A stretch of 64,000 bases of DNA. Origin: Lingula anatina. Lineage: Eukaryota > Animalia > Brachiopoda. The DNA is taken from NCBI GenBank assembly GCA_051362555.1, contig CM120641.1:18910001-18974000 (forward strand). The letters run 5' to 3'. The notes beneath the pieces are model-generated. The model saw only the letters and a program-made list of their open reading frames with translations. It searched no databases and had not been told where the DNA came from. Positions 27,089-39,583 of the stretch are shown here, piece by piece (within the stretch, counting starts at the first letter, position 1; each line of letters starts with the position of its first letter). The position numbers and the translations under genes are program-made.

Positions 27089-28177
27089 ATGAATGCTGAA
27101 AATAAAACTGGAGACTTCAAAAACTTTTCAACGAAAAGTCCACATGTGAATAATGCAGCGTACGCGTTTACCACGCAAAGCACGGTGGTTTTCTTTTGTT
27201 TGGCAGCAGTTGCGTTTTTTGAAAACTTGGTCTCCGTTTTGGCGTTGTTGCAAATGCAGAAGCCTTGGAAAAAGTATCAATGGGCGCTAATGAATATTGC
27301 AATTTCTGACTTGGGTGTCACGATGATGTTAGTAGCATATCTGGCAACCAAAATGTCACAGATATTTGACATTGTAACTACTTCAGTGCAGCTATGTTTG
27401 TCAGGAGTTTTCGCTACTTTGCTTAACATAATGACCATGACTGCATTTCTGTCAACAGGAATCATATTATTTGACCAGTTTATTGCAATTACAAAGCCGT
27501 ATCGCTACGAAAGCATACTGACAAAGAAACGTTTTGGAATCCTTATCTTACTCCAGTATGCATTTGTTGTTTCTTTTGAAATTATTTTTGACAGCATTGA
27601 GGTGATAATGACCGACCAATCTCCAGACTGTGCAGAGTTCTTTATGTATCGAGTTACAAATGAGGCGAAACGCATTGCTTTTAATATAACGAATGGTTTT
27701 ATACTTTTGGTAACAACTTTTTTATATGTTCGACTTTATATCACCGTGCGCCGAAGCATGAAAAAGTCAGCTGCATTACAACCCCATCGTAAATCAGAGA
27801 AGAAAACTAGGATTACGCTCGGACTATTGTTGTCGGCTATAATACTTTTTTGGGCACCATGTATTGCCAATACAGCCATCATTTATGCGATGGGGAAATT
27901 AGAAAAAGGATCGGAGATAGAGTATATTTTATTCATTGTAGTGCGCATCAACAGCATATGTCTTCTACTCTACTTTTTCCTGGATCCAATCATCTACGGG
28001 GCGCGTTTTAAAGAGGTACGTCGTGGTTACAGGCTTCTATTTCGATGTCGTCAGCGTGGAGCGAGTAACGATGGTAACATGGAGAATCGTTGTTCTGCTC
28101 TAACGAATACCAGAACAGCAACATCTGTCACTTGTATCAGCAGACTTTCCGAAACAATCCAGGAGACACAAAATTAA
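27089..28177 (+). CDS. Intronless class A (rhodopsin-like) GPCR, orphan
   Basis: Seven hydrophobic segments; N-terminal sequons NKT and NFS; TM1 EN, TM2 NIAISD, TM3 end DQFIAI..PYRY, TM6 FWAP, TM7 DPIIYG followed by helix 8 FKEVRRGY. Start taken at ATG 27089; an upstream in-frame ATG exists at 27029. Confidence 0.9.
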   Translation: MNAENKTGDFKNFSTKSPHVNNAAYAFTTQSTVVFFCLAAVAFFENLVSVLALLQMQKPWKKYQWALMNIAISDLGVTMMLVAYLATKMSQIFDIVTTSVQLCLSGVFATLLNIMTMTAFLSTGIILFDQFIAITKPYRYESILTKKRFGILILLQYAFVVSFEIIFDSIEVIMTDQSPDCAEFFMYRVTNEAKRIAFNITNGFILLVTTFLYVRLYITVRRSMKKSAALQPHRKSEKKTRITLGLLLSAIILFWAPCIANTAIIYAMGKLEKGSEIEYILFIVVRINSICLLLYFFLDPIIYGARFKEVRRGYRLLFRCRQRGASNDGNMENRCSALTNTRTATSVTCISRLSETIQETQN

Positions 28178-29857
28178 CCATGAGGTCACTTTTTCATGGC
28201 ATTTCACATTGCCTGACAGTGCATCCGCAGAGAGTTGCTCAATGTGCCCATACAGGACGGTTGCTCTCATGACTTGTGCATTAAAAATTCTGTATATTGT
28301 ACTTGTTTCTACATTTTCTTTTTCGTCCAAAATAAATCGTGCATTTCACGCTGGTATATATAAATCATTTTATTTTGTAAAATAGTGCGAATCCTGAATT
28401 TAAATGTTTATTGTATGCGTTTGAAACTGTCTCAAACTTTAAAGTAATATTGTTTGTCTACATATTTAACTGACAAAGCTAATTATCTTTCCCAAGTAAG
28501 ATCTTAAAAACGGTAATTTGATTTGGTGTGAAATTTTCAGATAGGATACCTTTAAGGTGATTCAGAAAGTAAAATAAAATTTCCTTTGCTGACGAGTTTA
28601 TGCAGGTTTCCACCATACTATCCAATTAACAGGTGGATCATATTGTACTTGTGCTATCAACATTAGCGACAGCTTCCACCCACCAACGCCTTTTCGTGAT
28701 AATACATGTACCATACCAAACCTGGTGAACGCTGTCATTTTCAAATACCACCCATCAACGCCCTTTCTGGCTAAATACGGACACAGCACACCGCAGTTTT
28801 AATACCCTTCATTTGGACTAATTCCATAAGTCTGTATAACATTCACCATTTATCAACTAACGTTTCTTCATTATTTTCAAAACGAAATGAAATTAACTCC
28901 GACTGTCTGGACAACTCAACAAGATTAATGACTCTTGTTGACGCTAATGGTAGGCATCAATGAAACCATTGCGTAGGAGACCAGCAGGCATCATTATTAT
29001 TTTTAGAGAACTACATCTAACCCGTCATTGTAACATAGGTTCTCATTTATATCTCCATCTAAACCGACGCATGCAATATAGCATTTGCAGTACAATTAGT
29101 ATCTTATAATGGTAAGATAAATATCTTCAAACAAGGGAGATAAAACACAAGAATTCAAAGGTTTAAAAGTTTTATATCTTGAAAAAAGGGGGGAAATCAG
29201 AACCAGACTGGTTGCTAAACTTGAGCTGTATTTTTGTTCTGTGACTCTAGGTAAATAAGTAACACAGAAAAGTGCATGGCACTTACATGTATGGTAAGGA
29301 CAGTTGCAGAGAAGCTCATTTTCGAACTCTGCCACTGAAGCAATTTCTTTATAAAATAAATCTTAGAAAATTCAGAGTAAAACAAAAAAATGGTATAGAA
29401 GTTCCAGGGTGAACAGCTATTTCAGACAGGGAAAACATGGACAAACAGTACACAAATATACATGCTGAAACTGTCTGTACACGAAAAATTAACGAAGCCT
29501 TTTTTATTATTAAACCTATCATTGATGCAGCTCTCATACACAATAGAGAGTAAACATATAATGAAAGTATAAATACCTGATTCATTCACTTTACCATTCA
29601 ATATATAAAGTCAGTGAAGGCTCATTGTGATCCAGCCATTCTGAACAGTACATTTAAGATCACAAATTTAGATCTGCCATTTTCAGTGTAATATAGTAAA
29701 AAGCAAATATAAGAAATAAAATATTGGGACCCCTAAAGGGTAATATTGGTGGTTAACGTCACACAAGTGGAAGATGGTCTTACTGGAAACAGCACTTAAC
29801 TGGTCAGTATGATCTAAATGTGTTCTGTACACAATATATTGGCATTGTGACTGATGG

Positions 29858-30041
29858 GGCCTGTACAGAACCAGTTGATCTGCGGACTACCTAATTTGCG
29901 GATCATATATATGGCGCACACTTGACAATAGATTCCCACTTCCAAGGCCGTACCTGCAGGGGCAGAGCAATTAAATCTCGGCATGCTTTTAAGTGCATCA
30001 CGCTATATTTGATATCCAGATCAACTGGTTCTAAACAGGCC
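29858..30041. mobile_element. MITE just downstream of the paralog B stop codon
   Basis: ~25-bp TIR GGCCTGTACAGAACCAGTTGATCTG / CAGATCAACTGGTTCTAAACAGGCC. Confidence 0.7.
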
Positions 30042-30121
30042 AATAAACTGGAATTCCATGGTCAGTTTTTTTTCTAAAACCAAACCAAAGGTACAAAGTT
30101 TGGAGCATTATTTTTATCCCA

Positions 30122-32718
30122 TTAGTATGGTGGTGGTGCTGAAGCATCGGCATATGCTGGTGGAGGGCCAGGGTAACCTAGAACATGCACAAAACACAAG
30201 GAATTATTCATTTCTCCTCATCTATGTATAGTAAGAAAATCATGGTCAGTGATGAGATAGTGAATCATCAGTCATAGATCTACTACATGCACACAATGAC
30301 TTTGCATAGTTTAAACACAATCATATTACAAACAATTTCACCCAAAGGTACTATTAATTAATGCATTTTTAAGTACTGCGGATATTCTCCTTTAATGAAT
30401 CTGTAAAGCTCATTTACTGAAAATGATAATGTTTTTCATACATGCCCATGTTGTGTTCTATTAGTACATGTTTCTCAATAAACCAACCCTAATACATGCA
30501 ATATAGTGGATGTACCTTTTATATTGTTTACTTAAAGATGCATACAATTTTTTGTCACAAAAACCAACCAAATACCAGCATATAATTTCAAATAGTATAA
30601 CTAAGAGAATTACCAAAAGGCATTGTTTTATTTTACCCGAAAATTATGTTTGAACGGATTTTTGCTGCTAGCATTCTATGCTTTATGCCAATGGGACAGA
30701 AAAGTAGGTCACAAAAGTAGGTTAAATTTCCGACCAAAAATTTAAAGAAAGAAGCAGTCTTAAGCTCTTTTATGGCTGATCGAGTGATATATATTTAGTT
30801 TATGCCTTGGCATGTCGAATTTATTTGAGTCGTATAAGAAACTAGTAGAAGTGGTTTACATGTGTTACTGGATATCCACGCTCTACCTATGCTCGGTTTG
30901 CATGTACCTTTAAATTTTGTTGTGGCTTAAATTAAAATGAAAATACTTTACTGATATTAAATCTTTTCACTCTGTTAGCATAATTATATTGCTTTATGTG
31001 ACTCTAAAGAAGCTGATACTGATTTACACATTACTAATTATCTAAATGGTTGTGTCATATACTTGGTGTGTACCTGGGTAAGCTGCCTGTGGTCCTCTCT
31101 GTGGTGGTCCCTGGGGTGCATAACCTGATTGAGGGGGGTAATATCCACCTTGTTGGGGCGGTGGATATCTACTTTGCTGAGGCTGGGGGTATGTGCCTTG
31201 TTGGGGAGGGGGGTAACCACCTTGTTGGGGCTGAGGATAGCCTCCATAACCTGGCTGGGGATAGTAACCTAGGAATAGTAAAAAAAAATTAAGCTGTGTA
31301 ATGATAGATGCATATAATAATTATACAGCAAGTCTCAAGCTAAACAAGAAAAGCAGACAATTCTTCAACCAACAGCAGGCTATACTATTATGTATAGGTG
31401 AGATATATGTTTATCCAGTATGTGATTAATACTATTTATTTTCAAACAATATATAGTAAGTATAATAATGCATGAATATAGACACTGCCCATTCACATGG
31501 GTGCCTACCCCAAAGTTGGGCAAAATTTCATATATTTTAATTTTAACTCAGTGGGACTTAGACTGGTTCCCATACCTAGATTTTCTTAACAGTATCGATG
31601 CATCTTCAAGGGGTTTCCCGCTACGTAAATTGCTTTCAGTTTAAGCGACTTAGAAGTCTGGCATACCTACTGAAGCTGCTAAACAATTAATTACCCCCTT
31701 CAGTAGGCGTGACAGACTGACTAAGCTGCTGAAGTTGATTGCAATTTAGGGAGATACCCCTTTGAGATGGATTGATCCACAGTTAGTACGATATGGGTCT
31801 GGGAAATTGAATGGTCCCTTACACTAAACTGGGCTGCAATGTGTTCTTTGGTATGTTTTATAAATTAATTAAACAAAACCAAAAGATATGTAACTTAAAA
31901 GTTTGAATTGGCAGGTATGAAGGGTAGGAGAGAGGGATTGTTGGTGTAGTCACCTTGCTGTGGGTACCCATATCCAGCTGGAGGCTGACTTGGTGCTGCG
32001 GCCTGGCCCCTGCCTCTTCTGTTCCCTTTCATTTCTTTCTTCTGTGCCTTAAAATCTGCCCTCATGTCCTTCTTTTCCTGCTTACGAATTTGTTCATTTT
32101 CTGCAGCTTTGGCAGATCCCTCTGGGTCCACAACTTTTGCGCCAACATTATATGCAACTTGAATATATGAAAAGAAATACATTAAATGTATATTATTCAA
32201 TATGGGTGCATTTACAATTAAATTATCATATAAGGTAGTTTGAACCCACTCTGCAGGGACTCTTACTGAATACAATCAGATTAAAAGATTAAGATGCCTC
32301 ATAGAATACAGAAAAACTAGTGGATATACGGGCAGTTGGAAACAAAAGGTGTGTTAATCTGATCACAATCAGCAAGAGTCCCCTGGAGAGTTAGTTTGAG
32401 CTACCTGTAGCTAGTTCAGTAGTTTCATTGTGAATGTACCCTATGAGGTGTAATCACATGAAAAAGAAAGTTAAGAAATGGAAATAATAAGTTGATTAGC
32501 AAATGTAAACCAATACAAGCCAAGTTTACATATCATATTTCTTTTAAGTTTTGCTGGTACACCAACTAATTAAGACAGAATAACTTATTTTTTTGCTGAT
32601 AAATACACCAACTTCACATACCTCAGTAGTAAGAATGTAATGATTGAGTATTTGTACCACAATCATAATACACATAGCACTTACTTTTTGCAACTCTTGA
32701 TGGTGTAAAAAAAGGCAT
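30122..32718 (-). CDS. Uncharacterised ~162-aa Pro/Gln/Gly/Tyr-rich protein with C-terminal PPxY motifs (paralog B)
   Basis: Exons 32685-32718 (MPFFTPSRVAK), 31954-32157 (IAYNVGAKVVDPEGSAKAAENEQIRKQEKK..GYGYPQQ), 31074-31268 (GYYPQPGYGGYPQPQQGGYPPPQQG..), 30122-30177 (GYPGPPPAYADASAPPPY*). All introns are phase 1. Confidence 0.75.
30532..30913 (-). mobile_element. TTAA-flanked non-autonomous DNA transposon (Kolobok-like), same family as 61925-62300
   Basis: TTAA-AGATGCATAC ... GCATGTACCT-TTAA; the interior is the reverse complement of 61925-62300. Confidence 0.75.
31550..31825. mobile_element. Degenerate palindromic MITE
   Basis: Mirror arms catcttcaaggggtttccc..aaattgc..agtctggcatacctactgaag / cttcagtaggcgtgacagact..gcaattt..gggagatacccctttgagatg. 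Confidence 0.55.
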
Positions 32719-33300
32719 GGTGACTTAGCTTATCCCCAATACTTTGTATATAGTATGTGGTTTTTAATGCCACAAGTCCTCGGTATGCTATTGATTTGGA
32801 TTCTGTTAGTGATCTGCTGGTGCTTGTTGCTTACTTTCCATATTTCATATCATATCAGTTGTACTCCAGATAAGATGATAAGCAATATTTGAGTTATTTG
32901 GTAAATCTAATAATATAAATCCTGCAATTGTACATGTATTGATAAGATAATATATCCATACATATATATATATATATAAATGTAAGAAGGAATATGAAAA
33001 GAAATTCAAAGTTCAAAGCATACATCTAATTTACATTTGATTTTTTTATTGAATGGTTTGTGAAAAAGGTGTTAAACTGAAATATCTCACAAAATGAAGT
33101 GACCACATCATGTTGTATTACTCTTTCCCATTTCAAATTCGGAAAAAATTAGTAATTCCCCAATAAATGTATAAGAGTTCAATATCTGTCTTTTTTTAAA
33201 CAAAAATTCCTCCTGATTAACAATTCATTCGTAGTCACTTCTGGGTCTTCTTGGATAACCTGACTTAAAATTTTCTGATAGATTAAGATAAATTTTTCTA

Positions 33301-35269
33301 TTATAAATCTATACATTGTCCAGTCAGTTCTTTGGAGTTGATCCTGCTTGCTATCTTGCATTCTTCCACTATGTTTTCTCTGTTTATTTGAGGGTGCAGG
33401 GCAGCCTCGCAAAGTTGCTGTAGGTTGTCCTGCACACTCTCCCTACAGTCATCTTCTTCTTCTTCGTCCTGTTGCATTTTGTCTGTATTAAAGAGAAAAA
33501 TGTGTATCTTAATCAACCCATTTGGACTAATAACATGGCTTAAGATTATCACAATGTACATTTCTGGGTTTACTGGGCTGAATATGGTACACTGGATCTG
33601 ACATTCTCTGCAATACTTTAAATGTGCCCTCCCATTTATTTTTGTAACTTTACACTGTAGATGTAGCTTTACACTGCACTTTTAGCTATTACTTCATTTA
33701 CTCCTTATAGCATCTTAAACAAGACAATTTTGTGCCTAAAATGTTGAAAAATCTGTTCCAAATAACCAAAAATGCACCAAATTGCACCTTGATATAAAAG
33801 ATTTTCCAGGGGAGCATGCCCCCAGACCCCCTAGTTTTGTTGGGACCCTAAATTGCCCTGCCAACTCGCAGACATTGAAACCCAGGGGCAACACTGGGCA
33901 TATCTCTGCCAGTTTTAAAGATATAAGAGATGGAAAATATGCAAAGTTCAGTTCATGGTGAAAAGTAGGTCCGTGTCAATTTCAAGGTCACAGTTAGATT
34001 GCCAGTATATGACCTCTTATTTAATTTAGTTCAATGGTAACTATGGGTGTATCTCTGCTAGTTTTGGAAACATAAGGGATGGAAAACTTGCAAAGTTTAG
34101 CTCATGGTGAAAAGTGGTGGTGGTGGTGGTGGTGGTGTTGGTGGTGGTTCAGGATGAGATTATATATGACCTAAATCCAACAGATGGGGACACAGGTCCT
34201 TGCGGTCTAGGAGGTGACTTAATTGTAACGGCGCCAGAATACGGAGCCAACAGAGCCGTACAAGATGGGTCGGGACTAAAACCATGAGTACTAATAACAT
34301 ATCTTTCTTTTTCATTAATGTCATAAAGAAATGCAAAATTTAATGTCTTTTATTATTGATATACAGTATAAATCTTTATAATTATATTAAAAGTAAATTA
34401 TATATTACCCAGAAGAATCACCAAATGGTAATCATGTTTTGCCTGCATGGTTTCTGATGGCTGTCCCAAAAGCTTTGTTGGTCATCAGTCCTTCAGCATA
34501 CTTATAACCTGCACTCTCACTGTCTATAGACATATTACAGATTTTTCTAGTTGGTGGAGCCTGAATAAGAATTGATAGATGAAAGTTTGCTCATTTTTGC
34601 CAATCAATCACCGTACATCATGAAGTACAATATTTAGTGAATTTAGACTACACTGTGACTGACTAAAAGCTGTTCAGAACAAATGACCAAAAATGCCATT
34701 TTTTTTACAGGTGAATTGGACCATGCTGTAAATAAGCTAAGGAAATTGGAATATCCCAATGACTATTGTTCAACAGAGGCCTTAGGTCGCTCAAGACGTA
34801 GTTTATCCTTGCTATTCATATTCCATTTGTTTATCCTCACTATTAATATTCTATTTTTTTCCTTAAGTGTTATTCATCTTTTTGTTACAGAAATATAAAA
34901 GATGCATAAATTGCCAAAACTTATAACATTAGTAATGATTTTAGGTAACCTCGAAGGTATCGCTTGTGGTGCTACCACTATCTATATTCATGTTATTCTA
35001 ATGCATAATAAACACTATGTGTTAAAATTAACTGAAAGAAAAAAATATTTTCAAGATTAGAATTTTTAACCAGAATTCATACAAAGCTGTGGCACTGCCA
35101 TAAAAACCTATTTTTATGGGAACTTAGTGCTGGAGGATCTATACATTTATGTGTTAATATTATTTCTCTTTGTTGTTTAAAATGTATTTATTGTGTGGAA
35201 TATGAATCTCATACGAGTTATCACGTCTATCACGTTGAAGAAGCCTGTGGCAACATTGCACATTGTCAT
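33301..35269 (-). CDS. Possible small 3-exon gene (~105 aa) of unknown function
   Basis: Exons 35215-35269, 34443-34523 (needs a GC donor) and 33301-33482 join in frame: MTMCNVATGFFNVIDVITHSESAGYKYAEGLMTNKAFGTAIRNHADKMQQDEEE..QCIDL*. Strong acceptor at 33483. These could instead be 5' UTR exons of paralog B. Confidence 0.35.
33895..34293 (-). mobile_element. Truncated copy of the HINE family seen at 59506-61746
   Basis: Shares the core repeat (ctctgccagtttt..aaagttcagttcatggtgaaaagtaggtc..caatttcaaggtcaca) and the terminal block (gacctaaatcca..ggtctaggagg..ggtcgggactaaaaccatgagtact). Confidence 0.8.
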
Positions 35270-35549
35270 ATTTCCCACTGAATAATTTGTAAACTTCAAT
35301 CAGTTGATTTGTGCTATCAAGAAAACAAGTTATGCCACTTACTAATTTTTCGTCTTTTGCGTTTGCATGCACAATCGCATCCCCTTCAAAATGTCTTCTG
35401 CAGAAGGAAAAACGGCTTGACTTCCTCTCCAACGTCCAACGTTCCCGCCCTCACCACATTATTGCAGCTTCACGTTTTCAAGATAGGCTACTGCAAATAA
35501 TTCACAGTAAAAACAATTATAACCACACATATTTCAATATATTATTATA

Positions 35550-35940
35550 AACTCGTTATTAGTAGCCATAAAATTAAAGAGGTTTCATGAAGATGTGACA
35601 ACTATTTACTAAAAAAAAAGAAAACAATAAAAAAAACTGAAGGAACAAAGAAAATATTTAGAGCGCCATCTATCGGAAAAGACGTCGAACATTTATGCTT
35701 TGTGCTTTGTGCGGCTTATCCCTTTCGTCTAATGGGCATACAATCCTTAAGATAGATATTTGGTATTGGAATATCATAATTGCAAGCGCTGAAATATCCC
35801 ACTTCGATAAAAAAGTGAACAGTATATCTAGATCCATTTCGGTGATATGATTTGACCACACAGCAGGAAACCCCAAGTCAAGCCAAATCCAAAGGCCAGA
35901 CATCGTATACATATTACAGGCATATCATCAAAGTCATCAT
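35550..35940. promoter_or_regulatory. Probable promoter and non-coding first exon of PHF10, possibly bidirectional
   Basis: CpG enrichment at ~35660-35810 and plus-strand donor GTAAGC at 35941; minus-strand exon candidates start ~400 bp to the left. Confidence 0.4.
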
Positions 35941-36831
35941 GTAAGCAATTTGAAGTGACACACATTGATATGAGCATTGGTCTGTGTGAATGAAAGACAT
36001 GCTAGTACTGTGCTTTTAAAAGTGTGTTGTAATCTGATTTCAACTTTGTCGCTCTTTGCTTAACTCAAATTTTTCTGTCTAGCTTTTTATCATCCTGTTT
36101 AGGTTTATTTAATAATGTATTCACTGAACGTGCATCGGAGTGATAATGATAGAAAACATGGGCTACATAAGACGCACCCCAAACTACTGTTAAAATTCCT
36201 AATGTCAGAATTGGGGGAAATCACATCAGTTCATGTAAAATTTCTTGTGCTGGACAAAATTTAATGTTTTGACCTTATTTATGCCTGGCTGTGTATAAGT
36301 ATGTGGAGTATTTTTTAAATCAATTTAGGCTTCTGATCTTTGATAAAATGATTCCAGAGTCAGCCTACAAACATCATTGTTACAGGTGTATTTTTTAATT
36401 TGAGGAAACTTGACTAACATTGAGACCTGTCACCCATAAACTAGTGTACGGCACTGCTTTAAGATTTGTTATAATGTAAAGCACTTGGGGTTTCATGGAC
36501 TCTAGCAATGTCTAGTGTATTTCTACAGTAAATATGGCCGAGTAAGGTTCTAACTACAGCAATCACAACATCTTTTTTAATGAAAATACGACAAAGGCAT
36601 TAGCAGTGACTATTGAATTTTAAAATATAGTTACAGTATATATTTGATTTGCAGTTCAGTACAAAGGGACAGATACGTGTCTTGTGTTTAGAATTGAAAC
36701 TCGTATTCTTTATCCATGTCACTCATTGTCATTGCTCTGTGTGAATACTAATTTAATAGTCCCACTTAATTAATAGAAGCGCAGATAATTATTCATGCAT
36801 ATTTCTATTTATTTTACAGACGTTGCCAACC

Positions 36832-39540
36832 ATGGAACCACATGACAACACTCCTGTTCCTAATACTAAATTTATCACTGAAGATACAAAAGAACTAGTG
36901 AGGGATGATGACAAACGGGTTACTTTTGAAGGTGAATCAGGTTCAGGTACATCTGAAGACATTAATGCTGATAATACTGATACTGTTAATGCTGATAATA
37001 CTGAAGATACTCCCAGTGATGACATTGATAGTGTTTCTAAAAGCATCACAACTGAAGACAATGAAGTGTCAAAATATAAAGATCAAGTTGCAAATATTGA
37101 ATCTACAAATACTGTATCTGAGAAAGCCAATGATACAGATATGACTGAGCTTAAAAACTTGGTTGAGACAGATATGAGTACAAACCCAGTACTCTCACCA
37201 GCTAAAACTACCCAGAAAGAAGATGAAACAATATGTAAAGAAACTGAAAAGACAGATGTAACTTCAGATAATGTTGACATTATTTCTCCTGTAACTGGAA
37301 AAATTCCAGCCACTGATGATAGGCAAAAAAGTCCAGTTGTAGTCCTTTCTAAAATAGACTTCCCAAAGTCATTGTCAGGAAACCTTGAAAAGACTGTGAC
37401 AAGCCAAACTGCTACTTACACACAAGATGAAGACAGTCAAATGAGTACTAGTAAACCAGAGGAAAAAAATGATGAAAACAAAACCAACATAAACTCTGAC
37501 GGTTTGGTCTACATGGAAGAAGATAGTCGACTCAGTAGGGATGAAGAATCTGTAAAAATTCCTGGAGCTTTCCCCTTGGAGGAGGACAGTCAAATGAGTC
37601 TGGCAGAGTCATGTGTGAGCAGAGATGAGACGGTAGCCGGCACAGAGGCAGAAGATAATAATGATCAAGAGGGAAAGGAGAAAAAACCCAAGAAGAAGAG
37701 TGCGAAAAAAAGAAGAAGCAGTGTGTCTCTTATTGAAGATAATGCACAGTAAGCTATCTGGCAGGGATTTCTTCTATGTACAGAATACTCTCAGTTTTTT
37801 TTTTTAATGTGGGAGGGTTTTGAGGGGGTTAGTATAAAATAAGCATTAAAGATATGATGTTTTTTAAGGAATGGATAATTTTAAAGTAAGGTGTAAAGGT
37901 GCGTAACTGATGTAAGAAGAAACTTGGATCCCAATATTTTAATTAAATGTAAGTATGATTTTTAATCTAGAAAAAAATTATAATTTTAGTTATGAAAAGC
38001 ATTTTTATTTTTTTTTATTTGGGGGCACTTGAGTTCAATCCACATCTTTCTATTTGTAGTATAACCAAAGGTTTCAATGCTGATGACCTGTTTGAGTACC
38101 AGTGGCCCCAGGACAAGACAGGGGAGTGGTACATGCTGCAGGAACAGGTCAGCGAATACTTGGAGGTCCTCTCATTCAAAAGGAAGTATCCAGGTAAGAG
38201 TATAGGTATTTTAGTATAATGTCAGGTGCAGGGGAAAATAATGTTAACAGTTTATTTTATCATGTAATGGCATTGATAATACATGGGAAAGAAAAACCTG
38301 TCCAAGACAGTGAAGATTGCATGATATACTTCAATAATTAAATGTGTACACTGAGCATTAGACCTTCTGAAAAAGAGAAGTAGTAACCAATTAAAAAAAT
38401 CCCTAAAATAACATGTCTAAAACGTTTAAGAAAATGGCTATAGATCTATAAATTTTCAATTTTCTTAGCTTTTAATTTCTGTGTCACACTTGACTATTAG
38501 TAATAATTCACCAGTTGCCAACTCCATTACGAGTGATAATATTTTTTATCAGTATGATTTTGGTCATATTGACTTAGTGCTTTGAAAAGGTGAGGTAATA
38601 TATGTTTGTGAATTAAGATTTGACCAGAAGACCCTTGGAATATCTGGAAAGGATTTATCTCAAGGAGAATGGAGTGGTCACAGAGCAGCAGTGCGACCTG
38701 GGTAAGATCTTTATTTGAAACACACAGAGGCAAACAGTTTGACACAATAAACTTTTAGACAATCACAATTTTTGCAATAATATTGGGATTTGGGGGGGGG
38801 GGGGGGGGGAGGGGTATCAGTATGATATATTACCCTGTTATATTACATTGAACAACCTAGACATTTTTAAAGCCTTGGCAGAAAAGGGACTGCCTGCATC
38901 TGAGTCAGGAAAGCAAGTGTAGCTACTAAATGAAAAGGATGCCCATTTTGCATTGTATTTTAAGTAGTAGATTTCAGTAAAACTCTGGTAAGTTTCAACA
39001 AAACATTTTCATATTTACCAGGCCTGTCACCCCTGAAGAGTGAGGAAGTTTGTGATCTAATGCAAAAGGACTACCCAGCTAAGTATCAGGTAAAATGTTA
39101 CAAATGGCTTGAACCCACTTTTAAAATATAACCAGCCCATTGGACCAAAATTGGCAGTTTTAGTAAGGGATTGGCAGCTATTTCTGTTATTATTTTGCTT
39201 TCGTGATATTTCATAAAAATCGCTTTATTTGATACAAAAATTATTTTTAATGGGAGCACAATTTTTGTTAGAAATCTTGACAAAAGTGCAGTTTTTTTTT
39301 TATTAATTTCTTAAATTTTTAGTGTGATGAACATATTTTAAAAAACATGTCAGTGAAAGCACTGAAATGATTAGTCTTCTATTGTCTTGAATTGGAGGGA
39401 AAAAGAGAAGGAAGATATGATAAGTTCATGTTTCTGGTTATCTACAGGAGTACCTTGTGGTCTTACAACAAAGAGAGAGGCAGAGAATCAAAGAGAAACA
39501 CAAAGAATATGGAATGGTAAGTGGGATTGACAGACAAAGG

Positions 39541-39583
<43 letters not shown>

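Noticed and set aside
35160-35453. ATG-TGG-TGA followed by a long open frame (MERKSS..) as a selenoprotein or readthrough ORF
   Set aside because: No SECIS or homology is recognisable, and this frame does not splice in phase to the downstream candidate exons.
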